Part shown: positions 28,268-37,197 of the stretch, in pieces
Position numbering within the stretch: position 1 is the first letter of the stretch
Layout: the number at the start of each line of letters is the position of its first letter
Assembly: GCA_965223325.1 (NCBI GenBank)
Contig: CBDCWI010000001.1
Coordinates: 1,440,001-1,504,000, forward strand
DNA length: 64,000 nt
Origin: Candidatus Multivoradales bacterium
GTDB taxonomy: Bacteria; Acidobacteriota; Thermoanaerobaculia; Multivoradales; Multivoraceae
Direction of reading: 5' to 3'
Program-made: the position numbers and the translations under genes
Notes under the pieces: generated by a model
Database searches by the model: none
What the model was told of the DNA's origin: nothing
Seen by the model: the letters and a program-made list of their open reading frames with translations, nothing else

Positions 28268-30550
28268 TCAGCTGCTGCTGGCAGTGTCGATCTGGCGCGC
28301 GACGCGAACCGCAAAGGCCTGCGGCCTCGGAGACGCGAGAACTGGCGCGAGTGCCTTGCCGTCGAGACTGCCGACGGCGGCACGCTCGAGCGCCACGACC
28401 AAGCGAATCGTCTCGGGTTGGTGCGCTCCAACGACGGCCCGCAGGTGGTCGAGATCGGTGACTCCTTCGGCCACCAGAATCGCCTGGCCACTGTAGGAGC
28501 GAACCTGCTCGACCTCACTGCCCATCGCACGTCGCCACTTTGCGACGTCCATCTTCCAGGTCGTCTTCTTCCCTTGCGCGGCCTGGGCTGCCCAACGCAA
28601 CACCATCGCCGGCGGCCATGACTGAGGTTCCTGGTCCAGGACCTCGTCTACGTACCGACGGACGGCCTTCCACTTGCCGCGGGCGAGGGCAATCTCCGCG
28701 CGCAGCACGCTGAGACTGGCAGGCCGACGGTAGGGATCGAGCGGCTCTCCGACGAGCTCCTGCGCCAAGCGCTCTGCCTCACCGAGATCTCCCTCGGCAA
28801 TCAACAGCTCGACCCCGGCCAGGCGAAGAGCGTTGCGCCAGGCCAGGTCCTGATCCTCCTCGGCCTGGAGCGCTCGACGCGCCCGGTCCTTTTCGCTGAG
28901 ACTCTCGAGTAGCGTGCGAGCGCTTTCTGGTGACGTCTCGATACGGCGCTCCGCGAGGAGGAGTGCTGCCACTTCGCGATCCGGGTGCTCAGAGACGTAG
29001 CGTTCGAGAAAGTCGTTTGCCGCCCCAGGCGCCATCGGCGTGAGCTTCGCGTCGAGATACATCGCCGCCAGCACTCGGGCGAGAGGACCCTGGCCCTCAA
29101 CGAGCGGGCGCGCGATCTGGGTGATTTGGTCACGCTGGGTCACTCGATCGAGTTCGGCTATGCGCAGGAGTCCGATCATCGGGTCGGGGCTGGTTTCGAG
29201 GCGCCGATCGAGCAGGCCGAACCAGGAGGGCTCATCCTCGAACCAGGGCCGAGCCACCAGGAGCGCCTCGCCCGGAGTCGAGGGATCAGCCAACCAGGCC
29301 GCGATACGGCTCCGCACCGCGGGAAGCTCTCCGGCCCGATCCGCCGCGGCCGCGAAGCGCTCCATCGAGTCGATGCTGTAGTCGTCCTCGACCCAGCGTT
29401 CGATGAGCCCCTCGACTTCGGCGCGCGGCTCGGTACGCATGTTGAGCAGTTCACCGGCCATCTCGGCGACCGGAAGTGCGCGATCTTGGGGCGACATTCC
29501 CTGCCAGAGAGTGCGGGCGTCCTCGACTCGGTCGAGACCGACGAGGGCCGTCAATCGCAGGCCGCGATAATAGGAAGCCTCTTCGGGACCCAGTTGCGCG
29601 CCGGCGACCGCCAGGCGCTCGAGCGCACTCCAGTCCTCGAGGTCGATGTACAACATCTGCAGCCAGTAGAAGTCACCCTCCTCGAGCCCGTCAGTACCTT
29701 CGATGTCGGCTGCCAGCCTTCGCGCTCGTTCTTCGTTGCCCAGCACCAGCTGCAGCCAGGAGTAGAGCGCCGTGTTTCCGGGCTCCGTGTCGAGTTCGTA
29801 AGCCTTCTCAGCGTAGGGAAGGGCCTGCTCGAGATCTCCCAACATCACCGAGGTATCGGCAAGCATGTGGTTGATGACGCTCGAGTCGGGGAGTTCCCGG
29901 TGAGCCTTGCGATACAGGCTGAAGGCACCCTGATAGTCCCCGGTGCCGTACTTTTCGTGACCGCGCTCGACCAGGTTCGCGACCTCATCGGAGGCGACGT
30001 TGCCGGTGGCTTCCGCCTGCTTGCGCTCCGCGCGCCTTTCCTTGGCTGCGGGTGTCGACTCGCTCTGGACGATCCAACCGACGAAGGCTAGCGGCAGCGA
30101 AAGGCTGACCAACACGAGAAGCGCAGTAGCCGCTTTGGGCAGCCGCGACCAGGTAAACAAGACCTTGAGATCGAGCCACAGTGCCTTGAACGTCATGAGG
30201 CCCCATGGGAAGCCCCACCATCCAAGCGTCGCCGACTGGGCGAGCGCGACGGTCGCCGCCCGAGTGCTGCACTCGCGACACAGCACCAGGTCATGGGTCG
30301 CCCAATTGGTGAACACCACAAACGACATGACGTGCATGAGGCGCACCGGCCTGACCGGTTCGTAGCGACCGCACTTCTGGCACTCGCCGCCGAACTCGTC
30401 ACTCGCCGGTGCGTGCGGAGCCTCGGCAGTCCAGTCTTCGAGTTCGGAGAGCGAGGACTCTCCCATCAGCCCAGAGCGGGTCGGTTCGACCGCACCGGGA
30501 CCGGTCGAACCCATCTCCGCCTCGCTATAGCGGCGGTCTGAATCGGACAT
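28268..30550 (-). CDS. Membrane-anchored TPR protein with N-terminal Cys-motif (Zn-ribbon-like) domain
   Basis: CQKC...CREC, LGWWG.PWG, TM segment, TPR-like repeats (GDYQGAFSLYRKA, GDLEQALPYAEKA). Confidence 0.75.
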   Translation of the reverse strand: MSDSDRRYSEAEMGSTGPGAVEPTRSGLMGESSLSELEDWTAEAPHAPASDEFGGECQKCGRYEPVRPVRLMHVMSFVVFTNWATHDLVLCRECSTRAATVALAQSATLGWWGFPWGLMTFKALWLDLKVLFTWSRLPKAATALLVLVSLSLPLAFVGWIVQSESTPAAKERRAERKQAEATGNVASDEVANLVERGHEKYGTGDYQGAFSLYRKAHRELPDSSVINHMLADTSVMLGDLEQALPYAEKAYELDTEPGNTALYSWLQLVLGNEERARRLAADIEGTDGLEEGDFYWLQMLYIDLEDWSALERLAVAGAQLGPEEASYYRGLRLTALVGLDRVEDARTLWQGMSPQDRALPVAEMAGELLNMRTEPRAEVEGLIERWVEDDYSIDSMERFAAAADRAGELPAVRSRIAAWLADPSTPGEALLVARPWFEDEPSWFGLLDRRLETSPDPMIGLLRIAELDRVTQRDQITQIARPLVEGQGPLARVLAAMYLDAKLTPMAPGAANDFLERYVSEHPDREVAALLLAERRIETSPESARTLLESLSEKDRARRALQAEEDQDLAWRNALRLAGVELLIAEGDLGEAERLAQELVGEPLDPYRRPASLSVLRAEIALARGKWKAVRRYVDEVLDQEPQSWPPAMVLRWAAQAAQGKKTTWKMDVAKWRRAMGSEVEQVRSYSGQAILVAEGVTDLDHLRAVVGAHQPETIRLVVALERAAVGSLDGKALAPVLASPRPQAFAVRVARQIDTASSS

Positions 30551-30602
30551 TGCGAGGTGATCCCTCTTTGGTGGATGGGATGAGAAACGGACGGAAATAT
30601 CG

Positions 30603-31823
30603 ATGCGCGCCACCTCACGGGCGGCGCCAACTGACCGTGCATTCTATCATCCAAAAACCATAAATACTATGTATCAAAGTTTTTCAGCCACCTCGATCTT
30701 GGGTTGGGAAGGGAGTCGGGAACGTTCTGCCAGACTTAGAGCTTCCGCTTCCAGCACGCTCAGGCGCTCGGCTGCCAACCAGTGGCCAGCCTCCAGACGG
30801 GGATGCCCCCACCGGAAAGTGTGTCCGCTCTTGAACCCTGCCAGTCGAAAAGGCCCCAAGGGTCACGCAACTCCATTCGACCGAACCCTCGAGGAGGGAG
30901 TCGGAGGCGGTACCCGTAGCGAAATCGAGCAGTACTACGACGACAACACAGCCCTTTTTCTGGGTCTGGGTGCGGGTCGTTCAACTGGCGATATTCACCG
31001 TCCCGTTTGGGCACCGGGAGTCGAAAACTCGCAGGAGGCGCTCCGGTGGGTGGCGGGCGATTTACTGCGGCAGGCCGACGAACTCGGTGGTCGTGACATC
31101 GCACACACAATCGATCTCGGCTGCGGAGTGGGTTCGACCCTCTTGTTCTTGCAGCGGGCCGGCCTCGGCTCCGGTCTTGGGGTCACGGTGAGCACGGAGC
31201 AGGTTCGGCGGGCACGGCGAGCCAGTGCGCACACACCAGCCCTTGACTTCGAACGCCTCGACTTCTGCAGCCCCGGCTTTCGCCGTGCCGTGCTCGAAGA
31301 CCGCGAGCCTGCCGAGAAACAGCCAAGAAAGTTCGACCTCGCCTTCGCGATCGAATCCTTCGTGCACGCCCGCGAGCCACAGCTCTTCTTCGAGAACGCC
31401 GCGCGCGTCCTCCGGCCCGGAGGTCGCCTGGTGGTGTGCGACGACTTTCTCGTTGCGCCAGAACGATCCCGCCTGCGAAAGAAGGTTGCCAAGCCGCGTC
31501 GTTCGAAGCGACAGCGGGACATGGTCAACGCCTTTCGCTGGGGCTGGCAGGCCTCTGCATTGATGACCCCTAAGAACGCCAAACAGCTGGCACGCAAGGC
31601 AGGGTTCGAGATCGCGCAGGAGCAAGACCTGACTCCCTGGCTTCGTCTGCGCACCACAAGAGATCGCGTCACCGGCGCGACCGTGGCCAACCTCTCCCCG
31701 CTCCTTCGCCGACTCGCGCCGCGATGGTGGCGGAGCCTCGCGGGAGGGGCTGCTCTCAACCAGTGCCTACGCCGCGGTCTGGTGCAATACCGCCTGATCA
31801 CCTGGCGGCGAATCGATGGCTAG
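30603..31823 (+). CDS. Class I SAM-dependent methyltransferase (sterol/tocopherol MT-like); true start probably ~30820-30900
   Basis: YYD.NT..F, IDLGCGVG, GVTVS.EQV, AIESFVH, LRPGGRLVVCD. Confidence 0.85.
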   Translation: MRATSRAAPTDRAFYHPKTINTMYQSFSATSILGWEGSRERSARLRASASSTLRRSAANQWPASRRGCPHRKVCPLLNPASRKGPKGHATPFDRTLEEGVGGGTRSEIEQYYDDNTALFLGLGAGRSTGDIHRPVWAPGVENSQEALRWVAGDLLRQADELGGRDIAHTIDLGCGVGSTLLFLQRAGLGSGLGVTVSTEQVRRARRASAHTPALDFERLDFCSPGFRRAVLEDREPAEKQPRKFDLAFAIESFVHAREPQLFFENAARVLRPGGRLVVCDDFLVAPERSRLRKKVAKPRRSKRQRDMVNAFRWGWQASALMTPKNAKQLARKAGFEIAQEQDLTPWLRLRTTRDRVTGATVANLSPLLRRLAPRWWRSLAGGAALNQCLRRGLVQYRLITWRRIDG

Positions 31824-33516
31824 CGCTCCGCCAGAGCGCCTGGCCGTTGCGGTACTCCGGGGAACGCTGGGTGTCTTACTGCTGCAGTTTCTGTTCTCCT
31901 ACGCCAACGTCGTGTCGACCCCGTGGGTAGAGCCGCGCTGGTCTCTCGCCCTCGAGGTCACCCTCGGCCTCGGACTGTGGGCCACATGGAGAACTCGGGC
32001 CCGGCGGCTCGAGAGCAGGCCGCGCTGGCGTTGGATGTTCCCAGCGACCTCCGTGGTGGTCACCCTCGCCTTCCTGCGCTACGTCGACGTGACCGCGCCC
32101 GGGGTCATGGGGCGTTCCTTTGACCTGCAAGCTGATCTACCGCACATCAGGAACGTCGCCTCGATGTTTCGAACCGCCATGGACCCTGGGCAGGAAGCGT
32201 TGATCACCGGTGGCATCGCGGCACTCTTCGTGCTCTTGTTTCTCCTGGTGCTTGCCGCTCTGCGGAGCATCCAGCGTGCCCTCGACATCCGCGGCTTCCG
32301 CCGAACGCTCGTTCTTCTCGCGCTGGCCGCCGGCGTCGTCTTCCCGTGGACCGCGCGCAGTCAACCGGCCAACGAGGAACGCGTCGGATGGCGGGAGCGA
32401 GACTTCGACCCCTGGCAAGGCAAGGTCGACGTTGGCATCGAGCACCGCGTTCACCACCGCGGCTTCGCCGAGCCGCTGACCACGATGCTGGCGCGCTGGA
32501 TGATGACGCTCGAGAAGCCCGGCGCGCTCCGGTTGACGGCCAACACTGGTTCCTCCCTTACCGGGCTTGCCGGTGAGGCCGGTTGGCCGGACATTGTCGT
32601 GATCTTTCTCGAGTCGTACGGCGCCACCTTGCTTGATGACCCACAGCACCGGCCCTACATCGAGGACCGTTTCGACGCCCTGGAGCGCAACCTGGCCGGC
32701 GCCGGGTTCTCCTACCGCTCGATCCAGGCGCAATCCCCGACGTTCGCCGGCGGTTCGTGGCGCGCCCACGCCACGCTGCTCTCGGGGGTGCGCATCGAGA
32801 ATCAGCGCCTCTACGAGGCACTCCTGGCGTCACGCTGGACAACCCTCCCGAGCCTCTTGGCGCAGAACGGCTACCGAACCGTCGCCGCCGAGCCCGGCAT
32901 TCAAAAAGAGTGGCCAGAAGGTGAGTGGTGGAACTTCGACCAGATCTACGATGCGCCCAACCTCGCCTACCGCGGCGCCCCGATTGGCTGGTGGAAGATC
33001 CCCGACCAGTACACCGTCTGGAAGATCTGGAACGAAGAGCTGCGCCCCTCACGCAGCCAGCGCCGGCCGGTGTTCGCCAAGATCTCGCTCATCATGAGCC
33101 ACATACCGTACGTTCCCCTACCGCCCTACATCGACGACTGGCAAACCATTGACGGCGGTTCGGCGTGGAGCCAGATGATTCCCTCGGTGGGGGCAGACGA
33201 CTATCGCGACATGACCGAGCTCTCGATTCGCTATGTCGCAGCGTTTCGCCACGAGCTCGACGTCATCGAAGGGTTTCTGATTCAACTCGCCGACCCGAAC
33301 ACCCTGGTGATCGTCGCCGGCGATCACCAGCCACCGAAGCTGGCGACTCATGACAGCGACTCCTGGGCGGTGCCGCTGCACGTCATCAGCCGTCGCCACG
33401 ACCTGGTCGACGCCTTTGCGAGCCGCGGTCTCGCAGCGACGATGCTCCCCGCACCCGGTGACCGGTACGGCCTCGAGGACTTCTTTCCTGACTTCTGCGA
33501 GGTCTTCGATGGCTGA
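31816..33516 (+). CDS. Membrane sulfatase-like/LTA synthase-family phosphotransferase
   Basis: About 5 N-terminal TMs then FLESYG, SPTFAGGSW.AH, SH.PY, GDHQP alkaline-phosphatase-superfamily motifs. Confidence 0.8.
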   Translation: MASAPPERLAVAVLRGTLGVLLLQFLFSYANVVSTPWVEPRWSLALEVTLGLGLWATWRTRARRLESRPRWRWMFPATSVVVTLAFLRYVDVTAPGVMGRSFDLQADLPHIRNVASMFRTAMDPGQEALITGGIAALFVLLFLLVLAALRSIQRALDIRGFRRTLVLLALAAGVVFPWTARSQPANEERVGWRERDFDPWQGKVDVGIEHRVHHRGFAEPLTTMLARWMMTLEKPGALRLTANTGSSLTGLAGEAGWPDIVVIFLESYGATLLDDPQHRPYIEDRFDALERNLAGAGFSYRSIQAQSPTFAGGSWRAHATLLSGVRIENQRLYEALLASRWTTLPSLLAQNGYRTVAAEPGIQKEWPEGEWWNFDQIYDAPNLAYRGAPIGWWKIPDQYTVWKIWNEELRPSRSQRRPVFAKISLIMSHIPYVPLPPYIDDWQTIDGGSAWSQMIPSVGADDYRDMTELSIRYVAAFRHELDVIEGFLIQLADPNTLVIVAGDHQPPKLATHDSDSWAVPLHVISRRHDLVDAFASRGLAATMLPAPGDRYGLEDFFPDFCEVFDG

Positions 33517-34720
33517 GCAGAGCGCCCTTCAAAAGGCGGCCACAAAGAGGGCGCTCGAACAGCGCTGGCTTCTCGTTGCCCTGGTGTTTGTCGTCGGGGT
33601 CGTGCTCTTCGGGCAGGCGCTCCCACAGGTGGGCCCGGCGTGGTACTTGACCGCTATCCTCTTCCTGGCCTGGGTGCTCACCGTCCTCTGGCGTCATCTC
33701 GACGAGAACGAGATCGACGCCTGGCAACCACTGACCGACGGGGCGCCCGAACGGGCCACTCGCACGAGTGCGAAGGAGCCCTCGGTTCTGGTGGCGCGCT
33801 TCGGCCCCGGCACGACGCTGACTCTTCTTCGGGCTCTCGGGCTTGGCATCTTTGCCGGGTATCTCGTGCTCCCGCGGCCAACCGGAGGAGGCGCCTGGAC
33901 TCCCGCGGCGCTCTTTGCCGCAATCGCCATTGCCGACGGCGCAGACGGCTGGCTGGCGCGGCGCACCGGCATGCCCACCCGTCTCGGCGCCCGCCTCGAC
34001 CTGATCCTCGACGGCTGGATGATCCTAATCGGAGTCCTCGTTTGTATCGCCTGGGGAATCTTGCCGTTGTGGTTTGTGCTGGTCGGCGCAGCTCGCTACG
34101 TCTACGTCGCCGTCGAACGCAACCGTCGACGCCGCGGACTGCCGCTTCACCCACTTGCCCCCAACGGAGAAAGGCGCATCGTCGCCGGTCTACAGATGGC
34201 GTTTCTCGCCGTCGTCTTGTGGCCGATCATCCCGTCGTCGATGGCGCACATCGCAGCCTGGCCGTTCGCCGTGGTTCTGCTCAGTGGTTTTCTGCGCGAC
34301 GGTCTGGTGATGGCGGGGCGGATCCCCGATGTGAAACAACCCCGGGAGAGGCGAGTCGCGAAGGGTGTGCGGTTCGTCTTCCGGCTCGCACGCCTCCTGG
34401 TCGCTCTTGGGCTCTTGTGGTGGCTTCTTCCCCTCTGGCCCGACGCACCCTCCGGCTGGAGCTCGGTACTCGAGACCTGGCCGGTAGCAGACCCTGAGAT
34501 CGCGGCACCGGCGATTGCAACGTTCACCATCGTCGCCGCGGTTGCCTTTGCTCTTGCGTGGACTGCACGCGCCGCCTCCGTCCTGCTCCTTCCGGCCCTG
34601 GTGCTCGCGGCAGGACCCGCGCCGCCCCATGCACCCACTGCAACGGTCGCGCTGGTGGTCGCGCTCCTGGTTCTCCTGCTCGACGTACGTCAGAGCCGCC
34701 GGGCGAGCACGTCGAGTTGA
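33509..34720 (+). CDS. CDP-alcohol phosphatidyltransferase family protein
   Basis: DGADGWLARR.G..T.LGA.LD..LD signature; multi-TM; ATG 33509 overlaps the upstream gene end. Confidence 0.9.
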   Translation: MAEQSALQKAATKRALEQRWLLVALVFVVGVVLFGQALPQVGPAWYLTAILFLAWVLTVLWRHLDENEIDAWQPLTDGAPERATRTSAKEPSVLVARFGPGTTLTLLRALGLGIFAGYLVLPRPTGGGAWTPAALFAAIAIADGADGWLARRTGMPTRLGARLDLILDGWMILIGVLVCIAWGILPLWFVLVGAARYVYVAVERNRRRRGLPLHPLAPNGERRIVAGLQMAFLAVVLWPIIPSSMAHIAAWPFAVVLLSGFLRDGLVMAGRIPDVKQPRERRVAKGVRFVFRLARLLVALGLLWWLLPLWPDAPSGWSSVLETWPVADPEIAAPAIATFTIVAAVAFALAWTARAASVLLLPALVLAAGPAPPHAPTATVALVVALLVLLLDVRQSRRASTSS

Positions 34721-35559
34721 TGAACCACCGCCGCCAGGCGATCTTCGTCGATCCGCGCTTGGCGCTCCCGCTGCCAGTCGGTGACCTGCTGGTGATCGAG
34801 ACCAGCAGCCAGGCCTTCCCGCACCACCGCGGCGAGCAGTTGGCGAAGGAAGTTGTTGGTTGCTCGAGAGTCGCTCGCTCGCACGACCCAACTCGAGGCC
34901 GCCGCATCGACGAGCTCGAAGTGCGGGTGCTCGAGAACCGCCCCCAGCAATCTACGACCGCTCTGGGCACCGCCGCCAACCGCCCTCGCGTCCATCGAGG
35001 CGTGGTACACCGCTTCGAGCTCACCGTCGAGCGGCGAGCCGGTCGCCGGCACGAACGCGGTCGTGCCATCGAAGACGATCGGCATGTAGAGGAGTCCATC
35101 GCCAGCGAGTAGCTGTGCGAACTGCACAAGAGCTTCTTCGATGTCGAGCAGATCGAGGAGCGCACAGGCGACCAGGAGGTCAACCGGCGGGCGCCGATGG
35201 GCCGCAATTTCCGACAGCTCGGCCTGGACAGCGAGAACGTCGATGCCCGAAGCTGCCCAACTGGCGGTGCGACTCTCGAGTAGTGCGGCACAAGCCGGGT
35301 CAGGATCAAGAGCGGTCCACAACAGGCGCTTGCCGCGACCTCTGAGAGCTCCGGACTCGAGCAGCCGGTCGAGCATCGCACCCGTCCCCGCTCCGACGTC
35401 GAGCACCCGATGCGCGTGATCACTTGCCAGGTGATCGACGACCGTTTCGAACAACCGAGGATGCAAGGAGCGATCGTCAACCCGGCGCTTGGCCTCCAAC
35501 CAACTCACATTGATCAGCGGGTCTGTTGGGGTGTCATCGTTCATGCCAGTCCTCTTCAC
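34690..35559 (-). CDS. Class I SAM-dependent methyltransferase
   Basis: WL.AK..VDDRS, VLDVGAGTG, DL...ALLDL; GTGA overlap with the GT4 stop. Confidence 0.85.
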   Translation of the reverse strand: MKRTGMNDDTPTDPLINVSWLEAKRRVDDRSLHPRLFETVVDHLASDHAHRVLDVGAGTGAMLDRLLESGALRGRGKRLLWTALDPDPACAALLESRTASWAASGIDVLAVQAELSEIAAHRRPPVDLLVACALLDLLDIEEALVQFAQLLAGDGLLYMPIVFDGTTAFVPATGSPLDGELEAVYHASMDARAVGGGAQSGRRLLGAVLEHPHFELVDAAASSWVVRASDSRATNNFLRQLLAAVVREGLAAGLDHQQVTDWQRERQARIDEDRLAAVVHQLDVLARRL

Positions 35560-36680
35560 GTCGCCGCCGCTCGCCACTCCGCAAACTCAGTCTCCAGGAA
35601 GCGAACGATACGGGCCCCGGTCTCGTCCCAGGTGGGCATTGTCCTCCAGGCCGAAAGCGCCGCCAGCGCCATCTCCGCCAGACGCTCGCGATCGCTGGCC
35701 AGTGCATCGATTCGGGTGGCAAGAAGTGCCCGGTCGTCGCGCGGTACCAGGAAGCCGGTTACGCCGTCTTCGACGATTTCATGCGCAGCCCCGCTTCGTG
35801 ATGCAAGAACCGGCAGGCCAAAGCCCATCGCCTCCGCGTAGACCATGCCGAATCCCTCCCAGGTCGAAACCACAGCCAGCACGTGGCACGCCGCCAGCAA
35901 CTGGCAGAGGGCATCGTCTGGAAGGGGACCATGGAATCGAACCCGGTCCGTGAGCCCAAACTCCTCGACCAGCAGACGAGCACGTCGCGTTTCCCTTGGC
36001 TCGACTTCGAGATCGCCCACCACTTCGAGGGTGACCTCCGAGCGGCAGCCTGCGAGCGCGCGAATCAGAGACGCGAGACCTTTGCGGGCGATCACATTGC
36101 CGACAAAAACCAGGCGCAGCGCACCCTGATCCCCCGCGCGGTTCGCGACGTTCTCGGCCACAATCGACGCACCGGGAGAGAGCCGGTCTCGACCCGGCCG
36201 CGCGACGACGGCCGGCCGGCCACCAATCGCGCACAGTGCATCGACCGACGCACGGGTGGTCTCACTGTTGAAGATGAAACCGTCGACCCGCCGAAGGTAG
36301 GCACGTTCAACGGCGCGATGAAGTGGCTGTATAAGCGGCGTGTGAGGTTCGCTCGAGCGCAGGTGATGAACAACCGAGATGATCGGCAGGCGTCGCCCAT
36401 CGACCAAGGGTTTCGGCGAGCGAAAGAGCACTGGGTGGCAGAGCTCATCTTCGAGCAGGAGGTCGAGACCGGCGAGCTCGTGATCCAGGGAGGCTTCACC
36501 TTCGAAGCCGGTGCCCCGAAAGAGGGAGCGCGCGAACCCCACCGACCACGAGTCGAGTTTTGTCGGCAGTAGGCACACCCCATGGCCCGCGCGCTCCAAT
36601 GATGAGACCACTCGCAGGTCAAAGAGGTTCCCGCCAGTTCGATCATTGATCGAGGCAGGCACCAGCCAGCCCACCCTCAT
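35556..36680 (-). CDS. Glycosyltransferase family 4 protein
   Basis: TGG..FD, FVGNVIARKG, EGFGMVYAEAM..GLPV, GVTGFLV. Confidence 0.93.
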   Translation of the reverse strand: MRVGWLVPASINDRTGGNLFDLRVVSSLERAGHGVCLLPTKLDSWSVGFARSLFRGTGFEGEASLDHELAGLDLLLEDELCHPVLFRSPKPLVDGRRLPIISVVHHLRSSEPHTPLIQPLHRAVERAYLRRVDGFIFNSETTRASVDALCAIGGRPAVVARPGRDRLSPGASIVAENVANRAGDQGALRLVFVGNVIARKGLASLIRALAGCRSEVTLEVVGDLEVEPRETRRARLLVEEFGLTDRVRFHGPLPDDALCQLLAACHVLAVVSTWEGFGMVYAEAMGFGLPVLASRSGAAHEIVEDGVTGFLVPRDDRALLATRIDALASDRERLAEMALAALSAWRTMPTWDETGARIVRFLETEFAEWRAAAT

Positions 36681-36765
36681 CCCGGGAAAGGAAGCGTTGC
36701 GTGGTTCTTGGGGGCAAGCATGAGATTGGTCCGGGTTGCCGAAGCGTTCGCCGTCTCGGGGCGCG

Positions 36766-37185
36766 TCAGGTCGTGCTCTTCTTCGGCCGGTCTCGATACG
36801 ATGCCCGGGCGATCTCGTTCTCCCACACCATCACCTCCAGCTCATCGAGGTGGCCAAGATCGAGACTGGCATTCAGGCGCTCCCACAGAACCCGCGCAAA
36901 GAGCTCGATGCTCGGATTGCGACCCTCAAACTCGGCGTGGTCGTTGAGGGTCGTGTCCTTCCAACGTGCGACCTCGGACTCGAGCGCCGCCTCGACATCG
37001 ACGATGTCGACCAGATAGTCGTGCTGATCGAGCGTCCGGCCTTCGAGCGTCAGCTCGACCCGGTAGTGATGGGAGTGCCAGCGATTCTCGTCGCCCCAAT
37101 CGCCGCCCACCAGAAAGTGCTGGGCGACGAAGTCGCGAGCGACGACCAGGCTATGGATGCCGGTACTCACAAGGCGATCACTCAC
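36766..37185 (-). CDS. 6-pyruvoyl-tetrahydropterin synthase/QueD-like T-fold protein (non-QueD subtype)
   Basis: F.AQH.L, ENRWHSHHY, YLVDI, LND..EF.G.NPSIE.FAR, WENE; lacks the CxxxHGH cysteine. Confidence 0.85.
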   Translation of the reverse strand: MSDRLVSTGIHSLVVARDFVAQHFLVGGDWGDENRWHSHHYRVELTLEGRTLDQHDYLVDIVDVEAALESEVARWKDTTLNDHAEFEGRNPSIELFARVLWERLNASLDLGHLDELEVMVWENEIARASYRDRPKKSTT

Positions 37186-37197
37186 CTAGAGGCGCAC

